A DNA stretch of 64,000 bases, from assembly GCA_038215615.1 (NCBI GenBank), contig JBBQQR010000001.1, forward strand, positions 128,001-192,000. The letters run 5' to 3'. Source of the DNA: Vulcanimicrobiales bacterium. GTDB taxonomy: Bacteria > Vulcanimicrobiota > Vulcanimicrobiia > Vulcanimicrobiales > Vulcanimicrobiaceae. This document shows, piece by piece, positions 30,674 through 41,115 of the stretch. Position numbers and translations under genes: made by a program. Under the pieces are notes generated by a model. That model did no database searches. It was not told the origin of the DNA and worked only from the letters and a program-made list of their open reading frames with translations. How positions within the stretch are numbered: position 1 is the first letter of the stretch; the number at the start of each line of letters is the position of its first letter.

Positions 30674-30755
30674 GCGGTCCTCCGTTTTCGTCTCTCATTC
30701 ACGCCGCGCAACCGTTTTGGAAAGGGCCGCCGTGCAAATCGCAGAAGGCGCGGGC

Positions 30756-31857
30756 ATGAGCGACTCTCAGCTCACCGCAATAGGCCGGCTCTCCGAGCGA
30801 CTCGTGACGCTCAAGGAGCGTCTTTGACTATTCCGGCAAGACGCGGCTGATCAGCGAGCTCGACGCCCGCACCCGCAACGAAGAGTTTTGGAACGATCCG
30901 CAATCCGCGCAACGCGTGATGAAGCAGCTCTCTGAGCTGCGCGCCGACGTTGATGCGATGGACGCGGTATCGCGAACGCTGAGCGACGCTCGCGAACTGC
31001 TGACGCTCTTCCCCGATGATGGTTCGGCAGACAGCGAGATCGACGCGAACCTCGCGCTGGCCGAGAAAAGTCTGGACGAAGCCGAAATGGCCGCGAACTT
31101 CGACGGGGAGTTCGACGCGCACAACGCCATCGTCAGCGTTTACGCCGGGGCCGGCGGCGTCGACGCCGCCGACTGGACAGCGATGCTCGCGCGCATGTAT
31201 TCGCGCTGGGCCGAAACCAAGGGTTTTTTGACGCACGTCGTCGACGAGTCGCCTGCCGAAGAAGCCGGCCTGAAGTCGATTACGTTCTTTGTTCGGGGGC
31301 GCAACGCGTATGGAACGCTGGAAAGCGAACGCGGAGTCCACCGCCTAGTGCGCATCTCGCCGTTCGATGCCGCCCACCGCAGGCACACATCGTTTGCCGC
31401 GGTTGACATCATCCCGGAGATCGAAACCGGAGAAAACGTGCAGGTTGAGATCAATCCTGAAGATTTGCGCTTCGAAACGTTCAAGTCCGGCGGCGCGGGT
31501 GGCCAATATGTTAACAAAACCGAGTCGGCCGTGCGCATCATCCACGAGCCCAGCGGCCTGATTGCGGCCTCGCAGCAAGAACGCTCGCAAGCGCAGAACC
31601 GCGACGTTGCGATGAATATTCTCCGCGCGAAACTCGTGCAGCGCGAATTAGAGATGCGGGATAAGAAATTGGCCGAACTGCGCGGCGAGCGCAGCGCCAA
31701 TGAATGGGGATCGCAGATCCGCTCCTACGTCCTCAATCCATATCAGCTTGTCAAAGATCACCGCACGAACGTCGAAACCGGAAACACGTCCGCCGTGCTG
31801 GACGGCGAGATCGACATATTCATTTGGCCGTACCTGCAGCAACGTCGCGCGCTCTAA
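30756..31857 (+). CDS. prfB: Peptide chain release factor 2 (programmed +1 frameshift)
   Basis: ORF0 runs from ATG 30756 to CTT TGA C at 30822-30828; the +1 frame carries SPF and GGQ motifs. Confidence 0.97.
30813..30828 (+). promoter_or_regulatory. RF2 autoregulatory frameshift site
   Basis: AAGGAG-CGT-CTT-TGA-C: an internal SD 3 nt before the slippery CTT TGA C. Confidence 0.95.
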
Positions 31858-31883
31858 GCCCGTCGGCTAGCCTGCGCGACGGC

Positions 31884-33308
31884 GTGCTTTGGGCTGCCGT
31901 GGCGGCGTATGCGGCCTTGTACTTCGCGCTCGGCTATGTCAAGTATGCCGCGCATCGCAACTTTGTGGACCTCGGCATCTTCGCACAGACCACGGCCAGC
32001 GCGTTCGGCTGCTTTTGCAATACCATTGAGGGAAGTCACTGGGCGTTTCACTTTTCGCCGATCCTGTATGCGGTTGGCGTTGTCGTATTTGTGTGGCACT
32101 CCGCTTTAGCGCTGGTTGCCGTTCAAGCGATCGCAGGCGCGCTGACCGCGCCGCCGATCTATGGCATCGTGCGCCGCTATGCGGATCGAAAGACGGCGTT
32201 GCTTGCGGCGCTGGTCGTGCTGCTCTATCCGCCGCTGGCAGGCGTCGTCTTCAACGACTTTCACGAAAACGGATTGGCACCGGCCGCGATTGCGTGGTTG
32301 TTGTGGGCCTTTGACGGAGGGTACGTCGCCGCGACGCTCGTCTTCGCCGCACTTGCCTTAGCGATCAAAGAAGATCAAGCCATCTTTTTGAGTGCGGCCG
32401 GCGCGATTGGCGCATGGAGCTATCGCCGCGACCCGTCGCGCATGCGGCTCGCCCTGGGCGTTGCCGTGGCAGCGGTAGCGCTTTTCGTTCTGTATTTCGC
32501 GCTTATCCAGCCCCACGCGAACGTGAACCCGCACCCGCACTGGGCGCCGGCGCGTTTTTATGGCTGGGGCTATGGCATGCCTAACAACGGCTTGGCCTCT
32601 GCCATCTTGAGTGCGCTGCTCCAACGTGCCGGTTATCTGCTGCTGGCGTTTGTTCCGCTGCTCTTCATACCGTTCCGAAGCCGGGCCATCGTTCTCGCGA
32701 TTCTACCGCTCGTCGAAGTGCTGGCTTCGCTGATGCCGACGACGTTTACCATGGGCACGCACTATGCCGGTGCGTGGATCGGATATGTGTTTTTCGCGTT
32801 TGCGCTCGGCGTCGTTTCCATTGCACGCTCGGACCCCAAGCGCGCACACCGGTTGCTCTACTGGTGCATCGGGCTTTGCGTGCTCGAGTTTGCGATCGCG
32901 GACCCGTTGCACCCCGGCTATTTCTTACGTCCGCCCGCCGCACGCGATACCAGGCTCGGCCGCTTTCTGCGTTCGCTCCCGCCGTCGATTGACGTTGCCA
33001 CTCAAGAGGAAGCCTATACGCATTTGGCTGCCACAGATTCCAATGCGACGCTTCTGCCGGAAACAATCGAACTGACGAGCGGCAGCGCAGTCCGCGCATG
33101 CTACATTTTGATTGACCCTGATTATCCCGATTCGGTGCGCTTGATCGAAGCCGAACCGCTCGTCAAGCAACTCGTCGCTTCCGGAAAGTACGCCATCGTA
33201 ACCCGCGCTGAAGCGATCGTGCTTTACAGAGCCCGGTCTTGTCCCAGTTCTTCGAGCGCGTTACGTGCAGCAGCGGGCCAATCTCCCCGTATCTCGACGA
33301 GTTTGTAA
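31884..33308 (+). CDS. DUF2079-like multipass membrane protein (GT-C-like)
   Basis: DLGIFAQ, HFSPIL, DFHE, IKED and HY motifs; start approximate. Confidence 0.75.
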   Translation: MLWAAVAAYAALYFALGYVKYAAHRNFVDLGIFAQTTASAFGCFCNTIEGSHWAFHFSPILYAVGVVVFVWHSALALVAVQAIAGALTAPPIYGIVRRYADRKTALLAALVVLLYPPLAGVVFNDFHENGLAPAAIAWLLWAFDGGYVAATLVFAALALAIKEDQAIFLSAAGAIGAWSYRRDPSRMRLALGVAVAAVALFVLYFALIQPHANVNPHPHWAPARFYGWGYGMPNNGLASAILSALLQRAGYLLLAFVPLLFIPFRSRAIVLAILPLVEVLASLMPTTFTMGTHYAGAWIGYVFFAFALGVVSIARSDPKRAHRLLYWCIGLCVLEFAIADPLHPGYFLRPPAARDTRLGRFLRSLPPSIDVATQEEAYTHLAATDSNATLLPETIELTSGSAVRACYILIDPDYPDSVRLIEAEPLVKQLVASGKYAIVTRAEAIVLYRARSCPSSSSALRAAAGQSPRISTSL

Positions 33309-34159
33309 GGCGCCGCCCACGGCGACCAGCGCCCGGTTTGGAGCGCGAAGTCTTTTTGCCCGAAGGCCGCCACGACGGGCGTGCCCGTCATTCCCGCGAC
33401 GTGAACGGCACCGGAGTCCGGCGCGACAACGGCTTTTGCCGCGGCGAGTGCGTCCTTCCACGAAGCCAGCTCGTGAAAATAGTCGATGGAAATGCCGGCA
33501 TCCGCCGCCACCACTTGCGCGAACTCACGCTCACTTTCGGCCGCGACGAATCGCATCGGATAATGTTGCTGCAGGTTGCGCGCGAAACCGGCGACGGCTT
33601 TGCGCGCGGCTCCGAGGCGCTGCCATTTGCCGGTTATTTGCATGACGACGCGTTCGTCGGGCTGCGGTTGCGCATCGACGACAAAGCCGCGCAAGATACG
33701 CGGGTCGCGCGGAATCTTCGACGTGCCCACGATCTCGCTTCCGAGTTGGAAGAGCACCCGGCTCTCGTGCGGGGCTCGCGGATCTAGTCCAGCCGTCCGG
33801 TACACCGTGCGCGTTAGCAGCGAGCGCGCCCACAGCGATTTCAGCGGCTTGCCCCACCCGTTCGCAAAGCCGATGCGAATCTTCGCGCCGCTGGCACGCG
33901 CGAGGCGATAGCCGGATGCGTCCTCGGTCGCGACGAGCGCGTAATCGTAGCAGTTTTGCGCGAGCCGGCCTCCCAATGCCGGTTGCTCGACGTAGACGCG
34001 GTCCACAGCGCTTTTTGAAAACGCGCCTTCATTTTTCGGAGAGAGCACCACGTCGATGCGCGCTCCTCGTTCCCGCAGCGCCGCCAATAGGGGAACCAGC
34101 GCGAGCGCGTCGCCGATTGCATCCAGACGGACGATGAGGACCGATGGGGAAGCATTCAC
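33224..34159 (-). CDS. Glycosyltransferase family 9 (heptosyltransferase-like)
   Basis: LIVRLDAIGDAL and DSGAVHVAGMTGTPVVAAFG..W.PW. Confidence 0.85.
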   Translation of the reverse strand: MNASPSVLIVRLDAIGDALALVPLLAALRERGARIDVVLSPKNEGAFSKSAVDRVYVEQPALGGRLAQNCYDYALVATEDASGYRLARASGAKIRIGFANGWGKPLKSLWARSLLTRTVYRTAGLDPRAPHESRVLFQLGSEIVGTSKIPRDPRILRGFVVDAQPQPDERVVMQITGKWQRLGAARKAVAGFARNLQQHYPMRFVAAESEREFAQVVAADAGISIDYFHELASWKDALAAAKAVVAPDSGAVHVAGMTGTPVVAAFGQKDFALQTGRWSPWAAPYKLVEIRGDWPAAARNALEELGQDRAL

Positions 34160-34167
34160 TGTAGGCA

Positions 34168-34494
34168 ATGATTGCGAAAGAGAATCTGGTAACCCTGGAC
34201 GCGCCCGACGGTTTTAGCGTCGCCTGCACTCTGGGGCGCGTCACCGGCAGCGCCAGCCGTCCGCACAGCATGCTGCGCGCGACCTTTCGGAGCATCGGCG
34301 CGTTCATCGGGCTCGCGCCGATCGAATACCTGACCGATGCGGAGCGCGCGCGGGAAGAAGCGCTCGAAGCGCTGCGCCAAAGCGCTTCGGCCTTGGGCGC
34401 GGATGCGGTCATCAAGATTCAGTTCGATGCGGTCGAAGACGAAGGCGGCATTACTGCGGTGGTCGCAAGCGGCGAAGCGGTGCGGCTGCAATGA
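34168..34494 (+). CDS. YbjQ / heavy-metal-binding domain protein
   Basis: AREEALEAL...A..LGADAVI and ASGEAVRL. Confidence 0.8.
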   Translation: MIAKENLVTLDAPDGFSVACTLGRVTGSASRPHSMLRATFRSIGAFIGLAPIEYLTDAERAREEALEALRQSASALGADAVIKIQFDAVEDEGGITAVVASGEAVRLQ

Positions 34495-35156
34495 GCTTGC
34501 AAGAGCGCGCGCGCCGCGAACGCTTTCTGGAAAAAGCCGCGGCAAGTGCAGCGGCGTGCCGGAAGTGTCAGATCGGTTTTGAGCGGCGCCACAACGTCTA
34601 CGGCGAGGGCGATCCGTGCGCGCGATTGATGGTGATCGGCGAAGGCCCGGGCGAAACCGAAGATTTGCTTGGGCGCCCATTTGTGGGACGCGCCGGAGAG
34701 CTGCTCGATAAAATGCTGGCCGCGATCGACCTTCCGCGCGAAGACGTCTACATTTGCAATACGGTAAAGTGCCGCCCCACCGTTCTCGACGGGGAGAAAC
34801 TGCGCAACCGCGCACCCGTTCCGGCGGAGATGGCGAACTGCCGCCTGTATTTAGACGAGCAGATCGAAGTGATCGCGCCGCACGTTATTCTCGCGTTGGG
34901 AGCTCCGGCCGCCAAATCATTTCTCGGCGTTCATTTCAGCATTACGAAGTCGCGCGGCATCTGGTACGAAGGCCCCAACTCCATCCCGCTGATCGCGACG
35001 TTTCACCCGGCCTACATTTTAAGGCAGGGCGGAATGGCCATGACGGAGACCAAGCGCCAGGTCTGGTCGGATCTGAAGCAAGTGCGCGAAAAGCTCGACG
35101 CGTTGCGGAAGCCGCCCGAGCAGGCAGACTTGTTCGAATCGCCTCCCGTGATATAA
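34491..35156 (+). CDS. Uracil-DNA glycosylase, family 4
   Basis: CRKC, GEGPGETED..GRPFVG, NTVKCRP and TFHPAY. Confidence 0.92.
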   Translation: MSLQERARRERFLEKAAASAAACRKCQIGFERRHNVYGEGDPCARLMVIGEGPGETEDLLGRPFVGRAGELLDKMLAAIDLPREDVYICNTVKCRPTVLDGEKLRNRAPVPAEMANCRLYLDEQIEVIAPHVILALGAPAAKSFLGVHFSITKSRGIWYEGPNSIPLIATFHPAYILRQGGMAMTETKRQVWSDLKQVREKLDALRKPPEQADLFESPPVI

Positions 35157-35157
35157 T
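35149..35157 (+). promoter_or_regulatory. Extended -10 promoter for rlmN (leaderless or very short leader)
   Basis: TGATATAAT overlaps the udg stop and lies 8 nt before GTG 35166; no SD. Confidence 0.6.
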
Positions 35158-35165
35158 CGGTCGCT

Positions 35166-36254
35166 GTGGTTCGCAACGCTCAAGAGATTTGGTTTTCCGA
35201 AAAGCTCCGTCGTGCGGGTTTTGCCGATGCCGCTGCTTTTGCCGCGCATTTCGAGCTGAAGCCCTACCGGCTGGAGCAGATTTATCGCGCCGCCACCAAG
35301 GAGCTGGCGGAAAATGTTGCAGCGGTAACGCCGCTGCCCAAAGATCTACGCGCGCAGTTGGAGGAGAGCGAGTTCCGCTTCGACAGCGTCATGCCGGTCG
35401 TCGTGCAGCGTTCGAACGATGCTCAGACGAGCAAGGGGCTTTTCCGGCTCGCGGATGGCGCCGAGATCGAAGCGGTGCTCATGGAGCACTTCGGCGACCG
35501 TAACACCGTCTGCATCAGCTCGCAGGCCGGTTGCGCATTTGCGTGCGCATTCTGCTCCACGGGCCAAGCAGGTTTTACGCGGAATTTAACGGCGGACGAA
35601 ATTTTCGACCAGGCGCGCTATTTTGCGCGCGAGCTCGCTCAGAAGGGCAAGCGCATCACCAACATCGTTTTCATGGGAATGGGCGAGCCGTTTCATAACT
35701 ACGATGCGGTGATGAAGGCCGTCGCGTTATTGAACGATCCGCACGGTCTGGGTTTGGGCCACCGGCACATTACGATTTCGACGGTTGGCCTGGTCGACAA
35801 GATCGATCGCTTCGCAGACGAGCACCTCCAAGTCAATCTCGCGATTTCGCTCCACGCGCCCAATGACGCCATCCGCAGTGCGATGATGCCGGTCAACCGG
35901 AAATTTTCGCTGGAAGAAGTCATGGCCGCGTGCGAACGCTATATCGCGAAAACCAACCGCAAAATTTTCTTCGAATACGTCATGCTCCGCGACGTCAACG
36001 ACTCTGAAGAAAACGCCCGCGAACTCGTGCGCCTTATGACGGGCCATTTGTACCACGTTAATCTGATCCCATACAATACGACGCCGGGCGCATCGTACGC
36101 GGGAACGGAACCGGACCGCATTTGGCGCTTCGCCGGAATTCTGGAAGCGGCCGGCGTCCCGGTCACGGTGCGGCAGAACATGGGCCGCGACATTGCTGCG
36201 GCGTGCGGCCAGTTACGGGCCGAATCGCAGCCGATGGCGCGCTCGACAACTTAA
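35166..36254 (+). CDS. rlmN: Dual-specificity RNA methyltransferase RlmN
   Basis: CISSQAGCAFACAFC, FMGMGEP, ISLHAP and DIAAACGQL. Confidence 0.95.
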   Translation: MVRNAQEIWFSEKLRRAGFADAAAFAAHFELKPYRLEQIYRAATKELAENVAAVTPLPKDLRAQLEESEFRFDSVMPVVVQRSNDAQTSKGLFRLADGAEIEAVLMEHFGDRNTVCISSQAGCAFACAFCSTGQAGFTRNLTADEIFDQARYFARELAQKGKRITNIVFMGMGEPFHNYDAVMKAVALLNDPHGLGLGHRHITISTVGLVDKIDRFADEHLQVNLAISLHAPNDAIRSAMMPVNRKFSLEEVMAACERYIAKTNRKIFFEYVMLRDVNDSEENARELVRLMTGHLYHVNLIPYNTTPGASYAGTEPDRIWRFAGILEAAGVPVTVRQNMGRDIAAACGQLRAESQPMARSTT

Positions 36255-36260
36255 GCCGCC

Positions 36261-36935
36261 TTATACCGGAAAATATTCGCCCAGCGACTGTCCGTGGCAA
36301 TTAGAGCTGAGCTGCGTAGAACTTATTCCACTAAAAAAGTAAGACCCGTCCGGCCTCTGCGTCCGATGCACGGGCCACGGGCCGCTTCCCGGCCGCGAGT
36401 AACAGTACGCATACGTGATTTTCAGCATGCCGAAAAACCGCGGAGTGATTCCGAAGGCTATGCGCTCGCGAAAATCACTACCGCCGTGGAGGATGGCCGC
36501 TTTCTTCGAACTTGCGCCGAATGGCGTCCAGCTGTCGTAGAATGAATATAAAAGCGTCGGCGCCGAGATCGTGAGCGTTCTGTTGAGTTCGGTGATAGAG
36601 GGTAAAGGCGATTCGATGCGTTCCGACGATGTCGTTGCCATGCGCCTGCCGTAGACGGTCACTACCATGCCATCCAACTCCGCACTCGCGCCGCTGGTAT
36701 TTTTTAAGTTGAATTGAACTTCCACATACTCTTTTTGTGCTGAGAGCATCTCGTGATGAACCGAAAGCTGAGGCTGAAGGATCGGCAACTCACTCGCGGG
36801 CTTGATGCGTTCCTGGTAAACGAAGACGTAGAAGCCCCAAGCGGCCGCAACGACCAGTGCGGCAATTTCCACCACATGGCGCCAGTGCTCGGCGCCGGAG
36901 GGATGCGAATGGACATGTAGTTCTCGGCCCATCAT
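36261..36935 (-). CDS. Hypothetical membrane-anchored protein
   Basis: 224-aa ORF with one N-terminal TM helix (IAALVVAAAWGFYVF); AT-richer than its neighbours. Confidence 0.7.
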   Translation of the reverse strand: MMGRELHVHSHPSGAEHWRHVVEIAALVVAAAWGFYVFVYQERIKPASELPILQPQLSVHHEMLSAQKEYVEVQFNLKNTSGASAELDGMVVTVYGRRMATTSSERIESPLPSITELNRTLTISAPTLLYSFYDSWTPFGASSKKAAILHGGSDFRERIAFGITPRFFGMLKITYAYCYSRPGSGPWPVHRTQRPDGSYFFSGISSTQLSSNCHGQSLGEYFPV

Positions 36936-37062
36936 CTGATCTTCAACCGCGCCGGCGGGCAGGCCCCTTTCGATTCGATTAATCGCGCTGCACGTAGGGC
37001 GGCGCGTTAGCCGGCTTTATAGCAGGCAGCTCTTAAGCCAAAGGTTTCGGGCACCGCTGACC

Positions 37063-37068
37063 TAACCT
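37063..37068 (+). promoter_or_regulatory. Putative -10 element of a leaderless glyQS transcript
   Basis: TAACCT followed by 7 nt and then ATG (37076); no SD. Confidence 0.45.
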
Positions 37069-37075
37069 CGAATTC

Positions 37076-38431
<1,356 letters not shown>

Positions 38432-38438
38432 GATCGCG

Positions 38439-41108
38439 ATGGCAACGATCGCTACCGCTGAAAAACCGATCTGGTTTTTCGAAGAAGGCAACGGCGACAT
38501 GCGCGAGCTCCTGGGCGGAAAAGGCGCCGGGCTCGCCGAGATGACGCGCGCCGGGCTGCCGGTGCCGCCCGGATTTACGATCACCACGCAAACGTGCCTG
38601 CAGTACTACGAACTCGGGCGGCACAACCCGCCGGGACTCGACGACGGGATCAAAGCGGCGATGATCGAGCTCGAGCGGCGAACCGGTAAGGGCTTTGGCG
38701 CTCCGGCCAATCCGCTGTTGGTTTCGGTGCGCAGCGGCGCGCGGGCTTCGATGCCGGGCATGATGGACACCATTCTCAATCTCGGCCTCAACGACCAAAC
38801 GGCGGAAGGGTTAGCGAAGCTTTCCGGGAGCGATCGTTTTGCTTGGGACGCCTACCGCCGTTTCGTCATGATGTTTTCGAGCGTCGTTTTGGGGATCGAG
38901 AAAGATCTCTTTGAAGAGCAGATCACGGCGCGCAAGAGAAAACTGGGCGTCTCGACAGACCCCGAGATCGATGCGAAAAATTGGCGCGAGTTGGTCGCAG
39001 ATTTCAAGCAAACCGTTCGCGATCACGCCAAACGTGAGTTTCCGCAGGACGTGCACGAGCAACTAAAACTTGCCGTCAATTCGGTCTTCGACTCATGGTA
39101 TTCCAAACGCGCGACCGATTACCGGCGCTACAACAAGATTCCCGACGACTGGGGCACTGCCGTTAACGTTTGTTCCATGGTCTTTGGAAATCTGGGCGAC
39201 GACTCGGGCACGGGCGTTGCATTTACGCGCGACCCAAACACCGGCGCCAAGCAACTCTACGGCGAGTACCTGCGGAATGCGCAAGGCGAAGACGTGGTCG
39301 CGGGCATTCGCACCCCCGAAAAGATCGCCGATCTCGAACGCGCCCAACCCGAAGTCTATCATCAGTTTCTCGAGATTGCCGGCAAACTGGAACGCCATTA
39401 CCGCGACATGCAGGACCTCGAGTTCACGATCGAACGCGGCAAACTTTTTATGCTGCAGACGCGCAACGCCAAGCGAACCGCCGAAGCCGCGGTTAGGATC
39501 GCGATCGACATGGTGGCTGAAGACCTCATCACCAAGAACGAGGCGTTGAGCAGGGTTAGCGCGTCTTCACTCGATCAACTCTTTCACGCCCGCATCGATC
39601 CCAAAGAGAAATACGATGTCGCCTGCACGGGCTTGAACGCTTCACCCGGCGCCGCCGCCGGCCAAGTGGCCTTCGACGCGGATATCGCTGAAAAGTGGGG
39701 CGGCGAAGGCAAAGCCGTCGTGCTGGTTCGCATTGAGACCAATCCGAATGACGTGCACGGTATGTTCGCCTCCCGCGGAGTGCTAACCGCAAAAGGCGGC
39801 GCAACTTCGCATGCGGCTGTCGTTGCGCGCGGCATGGGAAAGCCGTGCGTTGCCGGCTGCGATGGTTTGCAGATCGATATGCGTAGCCGAAAGGCGACGC
39901 TGGGCGGAAACCCGATCGCGGAGGGCGATTGGATCACGATCGACGGAACGACCGGCGACGTGATCGCGAGCGGTTTAAAGCTGATCGATCCGCCCTCAAA
40001 ATTGCCCGACTGGCTGGCAACCTTCTTATCGTGGGCCGACGAGGCGCGGACGATGGAAGTGTGGGCCAACGCCGACACGCCGCAAGACGCCGTGAAGGCG
40101 CGCGAACTCGGCGCGATGGGCATCGGCCTCTGCCGCACCGAGCATATGTTCATGCAGCAAGAGCGGCTGCCGATCGTTCAGGAGATGATCCTTTCGGACA
40201 CGCACGAGGCGCGCGCGGACGCGCTGGCCAAACTCCTGCCGTTCCAGCGCGAAGATTTCCACGGCATCTTGGAAGCGATGCAAGGGCTTCCGGTAACGAT
40301 TCGCCTGCTGGATCCGCCGCTGCACGAATTCTTACCGTCGCAGGAGACGCTGCTGGTGGAAACCACCGAGCTGCGGCTGCGCGAAGGTGAAGAGTCGCCG
40401 GCCTACGGCGAAAAAATGCGCATCCTGAAACGCGTGCAGCAGATGCACGAGCAGAACCCGATGCTGGGGCTGCGAGTCTGCAGGCTGGGGATTCTGTATC
40501 CCGAGATCTACGCGATGCAAGTGCGCGCAATTTTTGAAGCCGCCTGCGACTTGAAGAAGCGCGGCGTCGACGTGCGGCCCGAAGTGATGATTCCGGGCGT
40601 CGGCACGAAGGAAGAGATGAAGTTTACGGGCGATGCCGCGCGTAGGGTTGCCGAGGAAGTCATCGCCGAACGCGGCGTCAAGGTCGATTACCACGTCGGC
40701 ACGATGATCGAACTGCCGCGGGCATGCACGGTCGCCGACGAACTGGCCGATCACGCGCAATTCTTTTCTTTCGGCACGAACGACTTGACGCAGACGACAT
40801 ACGGCTACAGTCGCGACGACGCCGAAGCGACGTTCATCCCGCGTTATCTGGAACTCAAGATCCTGGCCGACGATCCGTTTCAGGTGCTCGACCGGCAGGG
40901 CGTCGGCTCGCTGATGGTGGACGCGGTCCGCCGCGGCCGCGAGAAGCATCCCGAACTCAAGATTGGCATTTGTGGCGAACACGGCGGCGATCCGTCCAGC
41001 GTAGCCTTCTGTCATGGTTTGGGCTTGAATTACGTCTCGTGTTCGCCGTACCGCGTGCCGATCGCGCGTCTTGCCGCCGCGCAAGCCGCGCTCGGTTCGC
41101 TGAAATAG
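38439..41108 (+). CDS. ppdK: Pyruvate, phosphate dikinase
   Basis: LLGGKGAGLAEM, SMPGMMDT, TSHAAVVARG, GLCRTEHMF and ICGEHGGDP. Confidence 0.97.
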   Translation: MATIATAEKPIWFFEEGNGDMRELLGGKGAGLAEMTRAGLPVPPGFTITTQTCLQYYELGRHNPPGLDDGIKAAMIELERRTGKGFGAPANPLLVSVRSGARASMPGMMDTILNLGLNDQTAEGLAKLSGSDRFAWDAYRRFVMMFSSVVLGIEKDLFEEQITARKRKLGVSTDPEIDAKNWRELVADFKQTVRDHAKREFPQDVHEQLKLAVNSVFDSWYSKRATDYRRYNKIPDDWGTAVNVCSMVFGNLGDDSGTGVAFTRDPNTGAKQLYGEYLRNAQGEDVVAGIRTPEKIADLERAQPEVYHQFLEIAGKLERHYRDMQDLEFTIERGKLFMLQTRNAKRTAEAAVRIAIDMVAEDLITKNEALSRVSASSLDQLFHARIDPKEKYDVACTGLNASPGAAAGQVAFDADIAEKWGGEGKAVVLVRIETNPNDVHGMFASRGVLTAKGGATSHAAVVARGMGKPCVAGCDGLQIDMRSRKATLGGNPIAEGDWITIDGTTGDVIASGLKLIDPPSKLPDWLATFLSWADEARTMEVWANADTPQDAVKARELGAMGIGLCRTEHMFMQQERLPIVQEMILSDTHEARADALAKLLPFQREDFHGILEAMQGLPVTIRLLDPPLHEFLPSQETLLVETTELRLREGEESPAYGEKMRILKRVQQMHEQNPMLGLRVCRLGILYPEIYAMQVRAIFEAACDLKKRGVDVRPEVMIPGVGTKEEMKFTGDAARRVAEEVIAERGVKVDYHVGTMIELPRACTVADELADHAQFFSFGTNDLTQTTYGYSRDDAEATFIPRYLELKILADDPFQVLDRQGVGSLMVDAVRRGREKHPELKIGICGEHGGDPSSVAFCHGLGLNYVSCSPYRVPIARLAAAQAALGSLK

Positions 41109-41115
41109 GAGCGAC

